This document shows, piece by piece, positions 9,848-18,859 of a DNA stretch of 64,000 nt. The notes below the pieces were generated by a model. The model saw only the letters and a list, made by a program, of their open reading frames with translations, searched no databases and was not told the DNA's origin. This stretch comes from an uncultured Microbacterium sp. (lineage in GTDB: Bacteria > Actinomycetota > Actinomycetes > Actinomycetales > Microbacteriaceae): NCBI GenBank assembly GCA_964406995.1, contig CAYOTY010000001.1, positions 8,434 through 72,433 on the forward strand. The letters run 5' to 3'. The translations under genes were made by a program, and so were the position numbers. The stretch's first letter is position 1. The number at the start of each line of letters is the position of its first letter.

Positions 9848-10377
9848 ACCGTCTCCTCCGGAACCGGGGGACCCCACAGGCTGTTGCGTCCGGTCTCCGG
9901 ATCGACCCACAGTGCACTGCCGTCGTCGGCGACCGTCGGTCCGGGAAGCGGGGAGACGAACTCGAGACGCACTCCGTCCAGATCCTGCTTGCGGGTGAAG
10001 CAGAGAAGGATCTCGCCGTCATCGGTCACGGCGCGACCGTCCTCGCCGATCCCCATCTGCGCGAGCTCGGCCAGCCGGCCCTCGCAGTCGGGGGTGCCGG
10101 GGAAGCCGAAGTGGTGGATCCCTGCTTGCTCGGATCCATGCGTGCCGACTCCGGTGATCTCCATCAGCTCGATCCGGGGAGGCCCTTCCTTCGAGAAGGA
10201 GATCCGGGCGTCGTGGAAATGGGGCTCGGGGTCGCTGTGATCGATGTAGTTCGAGGTGCGGTAACGCGCGATGGGGCTGAACGTGTAGCCGGTCGCGGCG
10301 CTCCAGCGTTCGATGGCCTCCTCGAGGTTGGGGACGAGGATTCCGATGTGCTCGATGAGCGGAGGCGAAGAAGTCAA
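9844..10377 (-). CDS. VOC/glyoxalase family protein, paralog A
   Basis: EHIGILV...IELME...HHFGF...LEFV; clearly homologous to the neighbouring gene. Confidence 0.85.
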   Translation of the reverse strand: MTSSPPLIEHIGILVPNLEEAIERWSAATGYTFSPIARYRTSNYIDHSDPEPHFHDARISFSKEGPPRIELMEITGVGTHGSEQAGIHHFGFPGTPDCEGRLAELAQMGIGEDGRAVTDDGEILLCFTRKQDLDGVRLEFVSPLPGPTVADDGSALWVDPETGRNSLWGPPVPEETV

Positions 10378-11531
10378 AGGATCTCCAGTTCGGCGCGTCG
10401 ATCGACGCAGTGGCGTATGGCGGACAGAAGAGTGTCGAATCCCATCCCTGCACCCATCTGGGGCGGGAAGCGGCTGGTGGTGTAACCGATGGCCAGGCCC
10501 GACTCCGGATCGGCGAGGGCGACACTGCCACCTGCACCCTCATGCCCGTAGGAGGACGGTGAGAGCAAGGGAAGCTGGGGGAAAGGCAGCTGGACCCCGG
10601 AACCGAAGCGGATCGGGATGCCGAGCACGGCGTCGATCCCCCAGCTGCGCTCGGCGACGAGCTCTTCCCGCGCCGACTCGCTCAGCACGCGAATGCCGTC
10701 GACGGCTTCCATCGTCGCGGCCATGCACCGTGCGAGCGCATGAGCAGAGCCCACTCCTCCCACGGCGAGCCAGCCGGCACGGTGGAAGAGCGGGTGGTTG
10801 TAGACGTCGAACTCGCGCGCCAGCCGACCGATGTGTCCCGGCGGGATCGTCGCGCTCGCGGCCACCGCGACCGCCCTTTCGGTCGCCGCGATCCTCGGGC
10901 GGAGCACAGGCTGGACGCGCGCCGATTCTGACTCGGGCACCCCGAACCAGAAGTCGAGGCCGAGCGGTTCGGCGATCTCCTCCGCGAACAGCTCCCCGAC
11001 TCCCCGACCGATCGTCCGCCGGACGACGCCGTCCAGCAGCGTCCCATAAGAGAAGGCGTGATAACCGTGCCGCGTCCCCGGCTCCCAGTACGGCTCCTGT
11101 GTTGCGACCGCCGCGTCGTCCTCGCCCGAGACGAGCTGCTCGAGATCGAGGGTCGCATCGACGGCCGGAATCCCCGTCCGGTGGGACAGCACCATTCGCG
11201 TCGTGATCTTCGCGGTCGAGCGCTTGGCGAACTCCGGCCAGACGTCGGCGAGCGGGGCGTCGAGATCCAGCAGGCCGCTGTCGTGCAAGCGCATGGCGAC
11301 GATCGCCGCGATCGCCTTAGAGACGGAGAACACCGATTGCAGCGCGTCGTCGGGGTAGTCGCCGGCGACGAGGTCGACGACCGCCGAGCCCTCCCGATAG
11401 ACCGTGAGGGCGACTCCGCCGCAGTCCTGTACCGCCGCGATCCGGCCGAGGATGTCACGGATCTCGGCGAACTCGCCGAGCGTCGTCCCGCGTACGGGGA
11501 CGATCTGCGTCGGTGGCAGGGCGTACGACAC
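10374..11531 (-). CDS. Beta-lactamase-fold serine hydrolase (family VIII carboxylesterase-like)
   Basis: FSVSK (SxxK), LSHRTG, WEPGTRHGYHA, GHEGAGG; start placed at GTG 11531 (TTG 11537 is an alternative). Confidence 0.85.
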   Translation of the reverse strand: MSYALPPTQIVPVRGTTLGEFAEIRDILGRIAAVQDCGGVALTVYREGSAVVDLVAGDYPDDALQSVFSVSKAIAAIVAMRLHDSGLLDLDAPLADVWPEFAKRSTAKITTRMVLSHRTGIPAVDATLDLEQLVSGEDDAAVATQEPYWEPGTRHGYHAFSYGTLLDGVVRRTIGRGVGELFAEEIAEPLGLDFWFGVPESESARVQPVLRPRIAATERAVAVAASATIPPGHIGRLAREFDVYNHPLFHRAGWLAVGGVGSAHALARCMAATMEAVDGIRVLSESAREELVAERSWGIDAVLGIPIRFGSGVQLPFPQLPLLSPSSYGHEGAGGSVALADPESGLAIGYTTSRFPPQMGAGMGFDTLLSAIRHCVDRRAELEIL

Positions 11532-11533
11532 GA

Positions 11534-12532
11534 TCAACCCAGCAGCGGCTCGAGCTCGGAGCGGTAGAACGCAAGACCCTGCACCAGTTCGCCGATGGGG
11601 TCGAAAGAGTTGTCGATCTCCTCGATCGCCCAGCCGGACCACTCCGCGTCGCGGAGGATGCGCATCCATTCCCGCCAGTCGACGGTTCCACTGCCGAGGA
11701 TGCGGAAGTAGGTGAGCATGACATCATGCCGCTCTTTGGGGTCTCCGAGGAGGGTGTGCCCTCCGAGATGACCGATACAGTCCTTCCAGTGCATGGTCGG
11801 GATGCGGTCGATGTGCTCGCGCAGCACGGCGACGGCATCTCCGCCGTCGAGGGTTATGTGTCCGGCGTCGGGGCACAGCTGCACCGTGTCGGGGTCGGTC
11901 AGCGACAGCACCGTTGCGATGTCCTCGTTGCGGCAGCAGATCGAGTAGGCATCCGTGTGGATCGCCATCTTCACACCGTAGGGACGGAGGATATCGCCGA
12001 GACGATTCATATGCTCGGCATAGCGCTCGTGCGTCTCCCTCGGGACGGGCGCGAGGAAGTCCTCGGCCCGCGCCTGATGCTCTGTGAGGTCGTAGGCGAA
12101 CTTGGCTCGCGGGATATTGCCGAAGGTGATCGTGTTCGCACCGAGCTCGACGAGGAACTCTGCGTGACGGCGGATGTAGTCATCGGCGCGGGCGACGAGG
12201 GAAGAGTCCTCCATCGCCTCGCCGACATAGACTCGACCCGCGCCATAGCTCGAGGTGAGCTGAAGCCCACGCTGCTCGAGCGCCTCCTTGAACCCGGCTG
12301 CCGAACCGTAGGCGATGAGGGTGCCCTCGAAGCCGCCCGGGTCCGGGGCGAGCTCGACCCCGGTCAAGCCTGCGTCGCGGACGCCGTCGAGCATGCCGTC
12401 GAAGTACCGCCGGGGATCCTTGTTGAACTCGGCCGTCCACTGCGGGTGCTTGAGCTTGGGAGGGAGCCCCCAGTAGGCGCTCTCGAAGAACGTGATGATG
12501 TTCGCACCGAAGCGGATCCGCTCCGAGGTCAC
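11534..12532 (-). CDS. Sugar phosphate isomerase/epimerase family TIM-barrel metalloenzyme (IolE/LgdB-like)
   Basis: GVELAP, AIHT, CPDAGH, MHWKD, LGSGTVDW, EEID motifs; GTG 12532 overlaps the upstream stop. Confidence 0.85.
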   Translation of the reverse strand: MTSERIRFGANIITFFESAYWGLPPKLKHPQWTAEFNKDPRRYFDGMLDGVRDAGLTGVELAPDPGGFEGTLIAYGSAAGFKEALEQRGLQLTSSYGAGRVYVGEAMEDSSLVARADDYIRRHAEFLVELGANTITFGNIPRAKFAYDLTEHQARAEDFLAPVPRETHERYAEHMNRLGDILRPYGVKMAIHTDAYSICCRNEDIATVLSLTDPDTVQLCPDAGHITLDGGDAVAVLREHIDRIPTMHWKDCIGHLGGHTLLGDPKERHDVMLTYFRILGSGTVDWREWMRILRDAEWSGWAIEEIDNSFDPIGELVQGLAFYRSELEPLLG

Positions 12533-13677
12533 CGTGCACTCCGCACTGCCTGGGGCACGTCGACCCATTGTCCGGTCTGCGCCGACTCGGCGACAGCATC
12601 CATGACCTGCTGGACGTGGAGGGCCGTGGCGAAGTCGGGCCGGACGACGTCGTCGCCGCCAACGATGGCGCGGACGAACTTCTGGAACTGAATCGCCGAG
12701 ATCTCGATGTAGCCGAGACCGAGGCCGGCCAGTCTCCACCACCCGTCCGGATGCTCGGTGTTGGTGTGTATGGTGCGGAACCCCCTGTGGTCGGCCGCCT
12801 CGTCGACATAGGAGACCCTGAACTCCTCGCGGTGGTTCCAGTCGAACTGAACCGAGGCTCGGCTGCCGTCGAGCTCGAAGTAAAGACGATTCTTACGGCC
12901 GGAGGAGTAGGAGCTGGCCGAGAAGGAGCCGATGGCACCGGAGGCGAACTCGCAGATCCACGCACCGCCTTCGTCGATGAGATCCTCGCCGAGGCGGACG
13001 GACTCGTCCCGCCAGCCGTTGTCGGCGCCCGGGTCCTTGGACCGCAGCATCGCACTGACTCGTGTGATGTCGCCGAGCAGGTAGACAGCAGCGTCGACGA
13101 CGTGCGAGCCGATGTCGCCGGACGCCCCGGAACCGCCCGTCTTCTTCTGCGCACGCCAGCGGTTCGGATCGGTGAGGTAGAACCCCACTTCCTGCAAGTA
13201 GGTTCCCCGGAACATGAGCGGCTTTCCGAGCTGACCCCCGTCGAGAAGCTTCTTCGCGAAGGCGATAGCCGGGGTGTGCCGATAGTTGAAGCCGACCTGG
13301 TTGACGGTACCCGCCCGCTCAGCGGAGGCCACCATGTCGGCGGCCTCGGCCGCATCATTGGTGATCGGCTTCTCGCAGAAGACATGCTTCCCTGCGGCGA
13401 AGGCTGCTTCCGCGATCTCCTCGTGGAATTGCGGCGGAGTGCAGATGTCGATGATATCGATGTCTTCACGTGCCACGATCTCACGCCAGTCCGTCGCCCA
13501 CTCGTCCCAGCCGAGGCGGGCGGCAGCATCCTCGGCGACCTCGGCGTCGGTGTCGACGAGGACCTTCTTCGTGATGCGGGCGCCGATCGGAGCGCCCAGG
13601 GGGGCGATGGCGTAGGCGAGGCTGTGCGCCTGGCCCATGAAGCCGCCGCCGATGATGGCAATGTTCAGATTTCTCAC
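12529..13677 (-). CDS. Gfo/Idh/MocA oxidoreductase, levoglucosan-dehydrogenase-like
   Basis: IIGGGFMGQAHSLAY, CEKP, FNYRHTPA, FRGTYLQ, GDIGSH, RGFRTIHT, LGLGY match levoglucosan dehydrogenase motifs as recalled. Confidence 0.88.
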   Translation of the reverse strand: MRNLNIAIIGGGFMGQAHSLAYAIAPLGAPIGARITKKVLVDTDAEVAEDAAARLGWDEWATDWREIVAREDIDIIDICTPPQFHEEIAEAAFAAGKHVFCEKPITNDAAEAADMVASAERAGTVNQVGFNYRHTPAIAFAKKLLDGGQLGKPLMFRGTYLQEVGFYLTDPNRWRAQKKTGGSGASGDIGSHVVDAAVYLLGDITRVSAMLRSKDPGADNGWRDESVRLGEDLIDEGGAWICEFASGAIGSFSASSYSSGRKNRLYFELDGSRASVQFDWNHREEFRVSYVDEAADHRGFRTIHTNTEHPDGWWRLAGLGLGYIEISAIQFQKFVRAIVGGDDVVRPDFATALHVQQVMDAVAESAQTGQWVDVPQAVRSAR

Positions 13678-14693
13678 GGGTTGTTCCTGGGTGTTCCTGG
13701 GTCTGTGTCGAAGGGGATGGCGTCCATTCTGGTCGGCACCCCCGAGGCGGCATTGAGATTCCGAGCCCCTAACTTGACGAACTGCGCCGTGATGCGAGGT
13801 TCCTCGAGTCGGGAGATGTCACGGTCCGTGGCAGCGTGCGTAAACCGACCTTCGCGAACGGCAATGCGATACGCGCGCGGCGAGAGTCCGTAGGCCGCTT
13901 TGAAAAGACGGCTGAAATGCGCAGCATCCCAGAGCCCCCAGCGCGCGCCCACGGCGCTGACCGGGTGATCCGACCATGCCGCATCGGCGAGCTCTACCCG
14001 GCAGTGCTCGAGGCGACGTGCGCGGATCCAGCTGCGCACGGTGTGCCCGTCCTTCTCGAAGAGCCGGTGAAGGGTGCGCGTGGAGATGTTGGCCTGGGCG
14101 GCGATCTGATCGGGCCCGAGGTCGACATCGCCGAGGTTGGCCTCGATGTACTCCTTCGCGACCTGGAGGATGTGGGCGCGCCCGTGCGGATCCTGCGATT
14201 CCTCGGCCGTGGAGCACAGCAGGGCCATGAGACCCACGATGTGCTGGGCGAGCCGAGCAGGACTGGCCGGAGTGTAGTCTTCCCGCTGCACGGCGATACC
14301 GCGGAGCAGATGCCCCACGATGCTCGCCATCCCGTCGCGCTCGGTCCAGACCCTTCCGACCGCGGCGCCCATGGCGCCGGTGTTGGGGCCGAGGGTGACT
14401 GCGGGCACTCGGATGATGAGGGCCTCCGAGTCGCTCGGCGTCGACACCTCCAGGGGAGCCCGATTGTGGACGACGGTGAAATCGGAGTTTCCGAGATCCA
14501 TCTGGGTCTGTCCCCTGAGGAGAACGGATCCTCCGAAGGCGTAGACGACGATGAAGGGCACCGCCGTGGTCTCGACCTCCGAAGGGCGCAGACCGACCCG
14601 TTGTCCGCCTCCCAGGTGGGTGATCAAGAGTTGATCGAAGCTTCTCGTGGTGACCGCTGTCCAGCCTACGGCGGCGGCATTCCTCTGCGGCAT
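13674..14693 (-). CDS. AraC family regulator (FeaR/NitR-type), AraC-1
   Basis: ISTRTLHRLF...RRLEHCR...VGARWGLWDAAHFSRLFKAAYG; ~60-aa C-terminal tail. Confidence 0.92.
   Translation of the reverse strand: MPQRNAAAVGWTAVTTRSFDQLLITHLGGGQRVGLRPSEVETTAVPFIVVYAFGGSVLLRGQTQMDLGNSDFTVVHNRAPLEVSTPSDSEALIIRVPAVTLGPNTGAMGAAVGRVWTERDGMASIVGHLLRGIAVQREDYTPASPARLAQHIVGLMALLCSTAEESQDPHGRAHILQVAKEYIEANLGDVDLGPDQIAAQANISTRTLHRLFEKDGHTVRSWIRARRLEHCRVELADAAWSDHPVSAVGARWGLWDAAHFSRLFKAAYGLSPRAYRIAVREGRFTHAATDRDISRLEEPRITAQFVKLGARNLNAASGVPTRMDAIPFDTDPGTPRNNP
13726..13789 (-). promoter_or_regulatory. AraC-type promoter for the dehydrogenase-TIM barrel-esterase-VOC operon, inside the araC-1 3' end
   Basis: CGGCG-N8-CAAG and GGGCT-N8-CAAT at 21-bp period, then 20 nt, then CAGAAT. 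Confidence 0.55.
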
Positions 14694-14769
14694 GGCAACC
14701 TCCTCGTTGTACCGTTCGCTGCTGTGGGGGTGGTGACATCCATCGGATGGACGATAGTGTCGGCTAATA

Positions 14770-14799
14770 CTTAATCGTGTAAGGCCTTAATCGTGTAAG
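14770..14799. promoter_or_regulatory. Two tandem LacI-type operators (CTTAATCGTGTAAG x2) in the divergent araC-1/oxidoreductase promoter
   Basis: Perfect 14-bp direct repeat at 14770 and 14786, each quasi-palindromic around CG. Confidence 0.7.
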
Positions 14800-14923
14800 T
14801 TACACGGAGGATGGACAAACATCAACATCCGCACAGCTTTCCTATGAGGGAGAGGACGATGTGCACCTGCTCAGTCCTCGACCTGACCCAGTGGAGAGTC
14901 CCAAGGAAGGAGGCGACCAGATC

Positions 14924-17767
14924 GTGACCAGCACGCCCACCGAATCGAGCCTCGCCGAAGAGGCCGTCGCCAGGCTGCGTGCCGCGATGCCCACCGGCGT
15001 CTCGACCTCTACCGCGATCCGAGCACAGTACTCATCCGACGCATCCAACTATCGCGTGCCCCCGCTCGCCGTGGTCACGCCCCGCGACATCGATGAGCTC
15101 GTGGCCGTCACCGAGGTCTCCCGCGAAACCGGTACGCCCCTCACCCTGCGCGGCGCCGGAACCTCCGTCGCCGGAAACGCCATCGGACCGGGCATCGTGG
15201 TGGACACCTCCGTGCATCTCGATCGCATCCGTTCGATCGACCCCGAGTCCATGACCGCTGTTGTCGAGCCCGGTGTCATCCTGGCATCCATCAACGCCGC
15301 AGCACGACCGCACGGACTCCGATTCGGCCCGGATCCGTCGACCCACACCCGCGCCACGATCGGTGGCGTGCTGGGCAACAACGCCTGCGGGGCCCACGCG
15401 CTCGCCTATGGTCGCGCGGCCGACAACGCGATCGCTCTCGACGTCGTCGACGGACGGGGGAACCGCTTCATCGCGGCGCAAGGATACGACCCTGTCGTCG
15501 GTCTCGAGCAGCTCGTCACCGAGAATCTCGAGCTCTTGCGGACGCAGTTCGGTCGCTTCGGTCGCCAGGTCAGCGGCTACTCTCTCGAGCACCTGCTCCC
15601 CGAGAACGGCCGGAATCTCGCCCGTGCCCTCGTCGGCACCGAGGGCACGGTGGCGACGATCCTCGAGGCGACCGTGCGCCTGGTCCCTCTCGAAGCGTCT
15701 CCTGCACTCGTCGTTCTCGGCTACCCGGACATGGCAAGCGCCGCCGACGCCGTTCCTGCGCTCCTGAAGCACTCCCCGCTCGCGATCGAAGGGCTCGACG
15801 CGCGCCTCGTCGACGTCATCCGTCGACACAAAGGGGCGGACTCCGTGCCCAAACTCCCCCGAGGGGGAGGCTGGCTTCTCGTCGAAGTCGGCGGCGACGA
15901 ACCAGGAGCAGCGCTGGATGCGGCGACCCGCCTCGCACGCGACGCCGGAACCCGCTACTCGAAAATCGTGCAGGCGGGCCCGGAGGCCTCCGCGCTCTGG
16001 CGCATCCGCGAAGACGGAGCGGGCCTCGCGGGCCGCACTCCTGCGGGTGCTCAAGCCTGGCCGGGGTGGGAGGATGCCGCAGTGCTCCCGGAGCGACTCG
16101 GACCCTATCTACGCGAGTTCGAACAGCTCATGCGCGCCCACGGCGTCGACGGGCTCCCTTACGGCCACTTCGGCGACGGCTGCGTGCACGTACGGTTGGA
16201 CATCCCGCTCGAGCACGACGGACGCGCCCTCCGCCGCTTCATGACGGAGGCCGCCGAGCTCGTCGTGGCACACGGCGGATCCCTTTCGGGTGAACACGGG
16301 GATGGGCGGGCCCGCGGTGAGCTGCTCTCACTGATGTACTCCCCCGAGGCCATCGCACTGCTCGGGCGTTTCAAAGCGCTTCTCGACCCGGAGAACCTGC
16401 TCAATCCGGGAATCATCGTCGACCCCGCGCCGCTGGACATCGACCTGCGGCGACCTGCGGCACTGCCCATCCCCCGTGTCCGCGGCTTCTCCTTCGCTCA
16501 CGACGACGGAGACTTCACCCGCGCGGTGCATCGCTGCGTCGGCGTCGGCAAGTGCCGCGCCGACGTCGGAGGATTCATGTGCCCCTCCTACCAGGCGACA
16601 CGCCAGGAGAACGACGTCACGCGCGGCAGGGCACGCACGCTCCAGGAGATGGCCAACGGCACCCTCATCACGGGAGGTTGGCGCTCACCCGAGGTGCACG
16701 AAGCGCTCGATCTCTGTCTGAGCTGCAAAGCCTGCTCCCGCGACTGCCCGGCCGGCGTGGACATGGCTCAGTACAAGTCCGAGGTGCTCTACCGGAGCTA
16801 TCGTGGCCGCATCCGACCGATCTCGCACTATGTGCTCGGCTGGCTGCCCCGATGGGCGCGCCTCGCCGGCATCGCCCCGCGAATGATCAACCGGATCACC
16901 TCGTTCCGGTCCCTGACCCGGATCGGACTGCGCCTGGGCGGAATGGACCCGCGGCGCTCCGTGCCGGCCTTCGCCGATCGTCCCTTCCACCGCTCCGAGA
17001 CCGCAGCCCGTCGGCGCACCCCCGTCGAGGCGATCCCGCAAGAAACGATGCTCGCTCCCGTCGTACTGTGGACCGACTCCTTCAGCGACGCCTTCACCCC
17101 CAGCGGCGTCAGCGCCGCCATCGAGGTGCTCGAGGCCGCCGGCTACCAGGTGCTCCTGCCGACCAGAGACGTCTGCTGCGGCCTGACCTGGATCTCCACA
17201 GGTCAGCTCGACGGCGCACGCCGCCGTCTGAAGGACCTGCTCGCCGTCCTCGCCCCCTACGCGGAGGCGGGCATTCCCATCGTCGGGGTGGAGCCTTCGT
17301 GCACCGCGGTTCTTCGCAGCGACCTTCCCGAGCTCCTCCCCGAAGATCCGCGGGCCGAGCTCCTCGCCTCTTCGACCCGCACGCTCGCAGAGGCGTTGGC
17401 GACCGCACCGGACTGGACCGCACCAGATCTCAGCGACGTCACCGCGATCGTCCAGCCCCACTGCCACCAATATTCGGTGATGGGCTTCGAGAGTGATCGC
17501 GCACTGCTGGAGAACGCAGGCGCCACGCTCGACGTGCTCGCCGGCTGCTGCGGTCTCGCGGGGAACTTCGGCATGGAGGAAGGCCACTACGAGACCTCGG
17601 TCGCCGTAGCCGAGCACGCTCTGCTCCCCGCACTGCGCGAGCGGGAGGAAGGCACGATCCTGCTCGCCGACGGCTTCTCCTGTCGGACTCAAGCCGATCA
17701 GCTCGCCGACGTCAAGGCGATGAGCCTTGCCGAGCTGCTCGCCTCTCGCATCAGGAGTGGCGGATGA
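14924..17767 (+). CDS. FAD-binding and (4Fe-4S)/CCG-domain oxidoreductase (YdiJ/GlcD-like 2-hydroxyacid dehydrogenase)
   Basis: RGAGTS, GPDPST, GHFGDGCVH, SGEHGDG, CVGVGKC, CLSCKACSRDCP and two CCG motifs; GTG 14924 after AAGGAGG (track start 14861). Confidence 0.92.
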   Translation: MTSTPTESSLAEEAVARLRAAMPTGVSTSTAIRAQYSSDASNYRVPPLAVVTPRDIDELVAVTEVSRETGTPLTLRGAGTSVAGNAIGPGIVVDTSVHLDRIRSIDPESMTAVVEPGVILASINAAARPHGLRFGPDPSTHTRATIGGVLGNNACGAHALAYGRAADNAIALDVVDGRGNRFIAAQGYDPVVGLEQLVTENLELLRTQFGRFGRQVSGYSLEHLLPENGRNLARALVGTEGTVATILEATVRLVPLEASPALVVLGYPDMASAADAVPALLKHSPLAIEGLDARLVDVIRRHKGADSVPKLPRGGGWLLVEVGGDEPGAALDAATRLARDAGTRYSKIVQAGPEASALWRIREDGAGLAGRTPAGAQAWPGWEDAAVLPERLGPYLREFEQLMRAHGVDGLPYGHFGDGCVHVRLDIPLEHDGRALRRFMTEAAELVVAHGGSLSGEHGDGRARGELLSLMYSPEAIALLGRFKALLDPENLLNPGIIVDPAPLDIDLRRPAALPIPRVRGFSFAHDDGDFTRAVHRCVGVGKCRADVGGFMCPSYQATRQENDVTRGRARTLQEMANGTLITGGWRSPEVHEALDLCLSCKACSRDCPAGVDMAQYKSEVLYRSYRGRIRPISHYVLGWLPRWARLAGIAPRMINRITSFRSLTRIGLRLGGMDPRRSVPAFADRPFHRSETAARRRTPVEAIPQETMLAPVVLWTDSFSDAFTPSGVSAAIEVLEAAGYQVLLPTRDVCCGLTWISTGQLDGARRRLKDLLAVLAPYAEAGIPIVGVEPSCTAVLRSDLPELLPEDPRAELLASSTRTLAEALATAPDWTAPDLSDVTAIVQPHCHQYSVMGFESDRALLENAGATLDVLAGCCGLAGNFGMEEGHYETSVAVAEHALLPALREREEGTILLADGFSCRTQADQLADVKAMSLAELLASRIRSGG

Positions 17768-17773
17768 TCAGAC

Positions 17774-18763
17774 TCAGGCGCTGCTGCGCACGAACAGATG
17801 GAGAAAGTCGTCGTCCGTGATCTCATCCTCGGGAGGCGGCTCGTTGTCGAGAGCGCTGAGGGTTCGGGCGACGATCGCCGAAGCATACCGGTCGATGTCG
17901 ATCTCGATCGTGGTGACCTCGACACGAGCAAGCGGGATGTTGTCGATCCCGATGATCGCGAGGTCCTGACCGGGCTCGAAACCGCAGGAGCGGAGTGCGG
18001 AGATGAGCATCAGCGCGAGCTCGTCGTTGTGGGTCGCAACGGCCGTGACGGGGTGCGGGCCTGAGAGCCACGTGCGAACCGCGGCAACAGTCGCCTCGGC
18101 ATCGCCGACGGAGAACGACTGGGTGACCAGTGGTGGCAGGCCCAGCCTCTCCTGCGCCGCAGTGACCCCTGCATAGCGTTCGGCGGAGATGAGCTCGACT
18201 CGGGGGTCATCGCGCAGCATCGCATAGCCGATGTCCCGGTGTCCCTGCGAATGCAGGTACTCGATCTGCATCTCGGCGGCGCGGCTGTGCGGGAAGATTC
18301 CATGAATCGGAACCAGGTGCACCGGTGAGGTCTCTGGGAGTGTGGGAGGCAGCAGGCCACCCATGGTGACGATCAGGTCAGGCGAGATCATCCCCCACAG
18401 TTCAGGGATCGAGAGCGCGTCCTCCTCGTAGCGATGCACGACGAGAACGAGTCCGCGGGCCGTCAGCGCCCTGTCGAGCGACTCGATGAGCCGGTCCGCG
18501 ACGTGTCCGATCGCATAGTGGCGAATGAGCGCGAGCACGATACGGCTCCGCCCGAGGCGGAGGGAGCGGGCCGCACCGTTGGGGATGTGGCCGAGCTCAC
18601 GGGCCACCTTGAGCACGTGCCGCTTGGTCTGATCCGAGATCCCCTTGCCCGGGGCGTCGTTGAGCACATAGCTGACGGTCGCTCGCGAGAAACCCGATGC
18701 TCGAGCGATGTCTTCCGTCGTGACGCGCTTCTTCTTCGGCTGTCGACGCTCGCTATCGTTCAC
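17774..18763 (-). CDS. LacI family transcriptional regulator, LacI-1
   Basis: VTTEDIARASGFSRATVSYVLN HTH, PNGAARSL hinge, IIGIDN. Confidence 0.92.
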   Translation of the reverse strand: MNDSERRQPKKKRVTTEDIARASGFSRATVSYVLNDAPGKGISDQTKRHVLKVARELGHIPNGAARSLRLGRSRIVLALIRHYAIGHVADRLIESLDRALTARGLVLVVHRYEEDALSIPELWGMISPDLIVTMGGLLPPTLPETSPVHLVPIHGIFPHSRAAEMQIEYLHSQGHRDIGYAMLRDDPRVELISAERYAGVTAAQERLGLPPLVTQSFSVGDAEATVAAVRTWLSGPHPVTAVATHNDELALMLISALRSCGFEPGQDLAIIGIDNIPLARVEVTTIEIDIDRYASAIVARTLSALDNEPPPEDEITDDDFLHLFVRSSA

Positions 18764-18807
18764 AGAACACCTCCTCGCGGCAGCGTACCTGCCGAATGTG
18801 CGGAAGA

Positions 18808-18845
18808 GAATCGGGGGAGACCAGACAGCCGATCTCCCCCGATTC
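18808..18845 (-). terminator. Stem-loop after the solute-binding protein gene
   Basis: 13-bp perfect IR GAATCGGGGGAGA/TCTCCCCCGATTC. Confidence 0.65.
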
Positions 18846-18859
18846 CTAGGACCTACTCA

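Noticed and set aside
10374-11531. Beta-lactam resistance gene
   Set aside because: No signal peptide; esterase-type motifs; embedded in a catabolic operon
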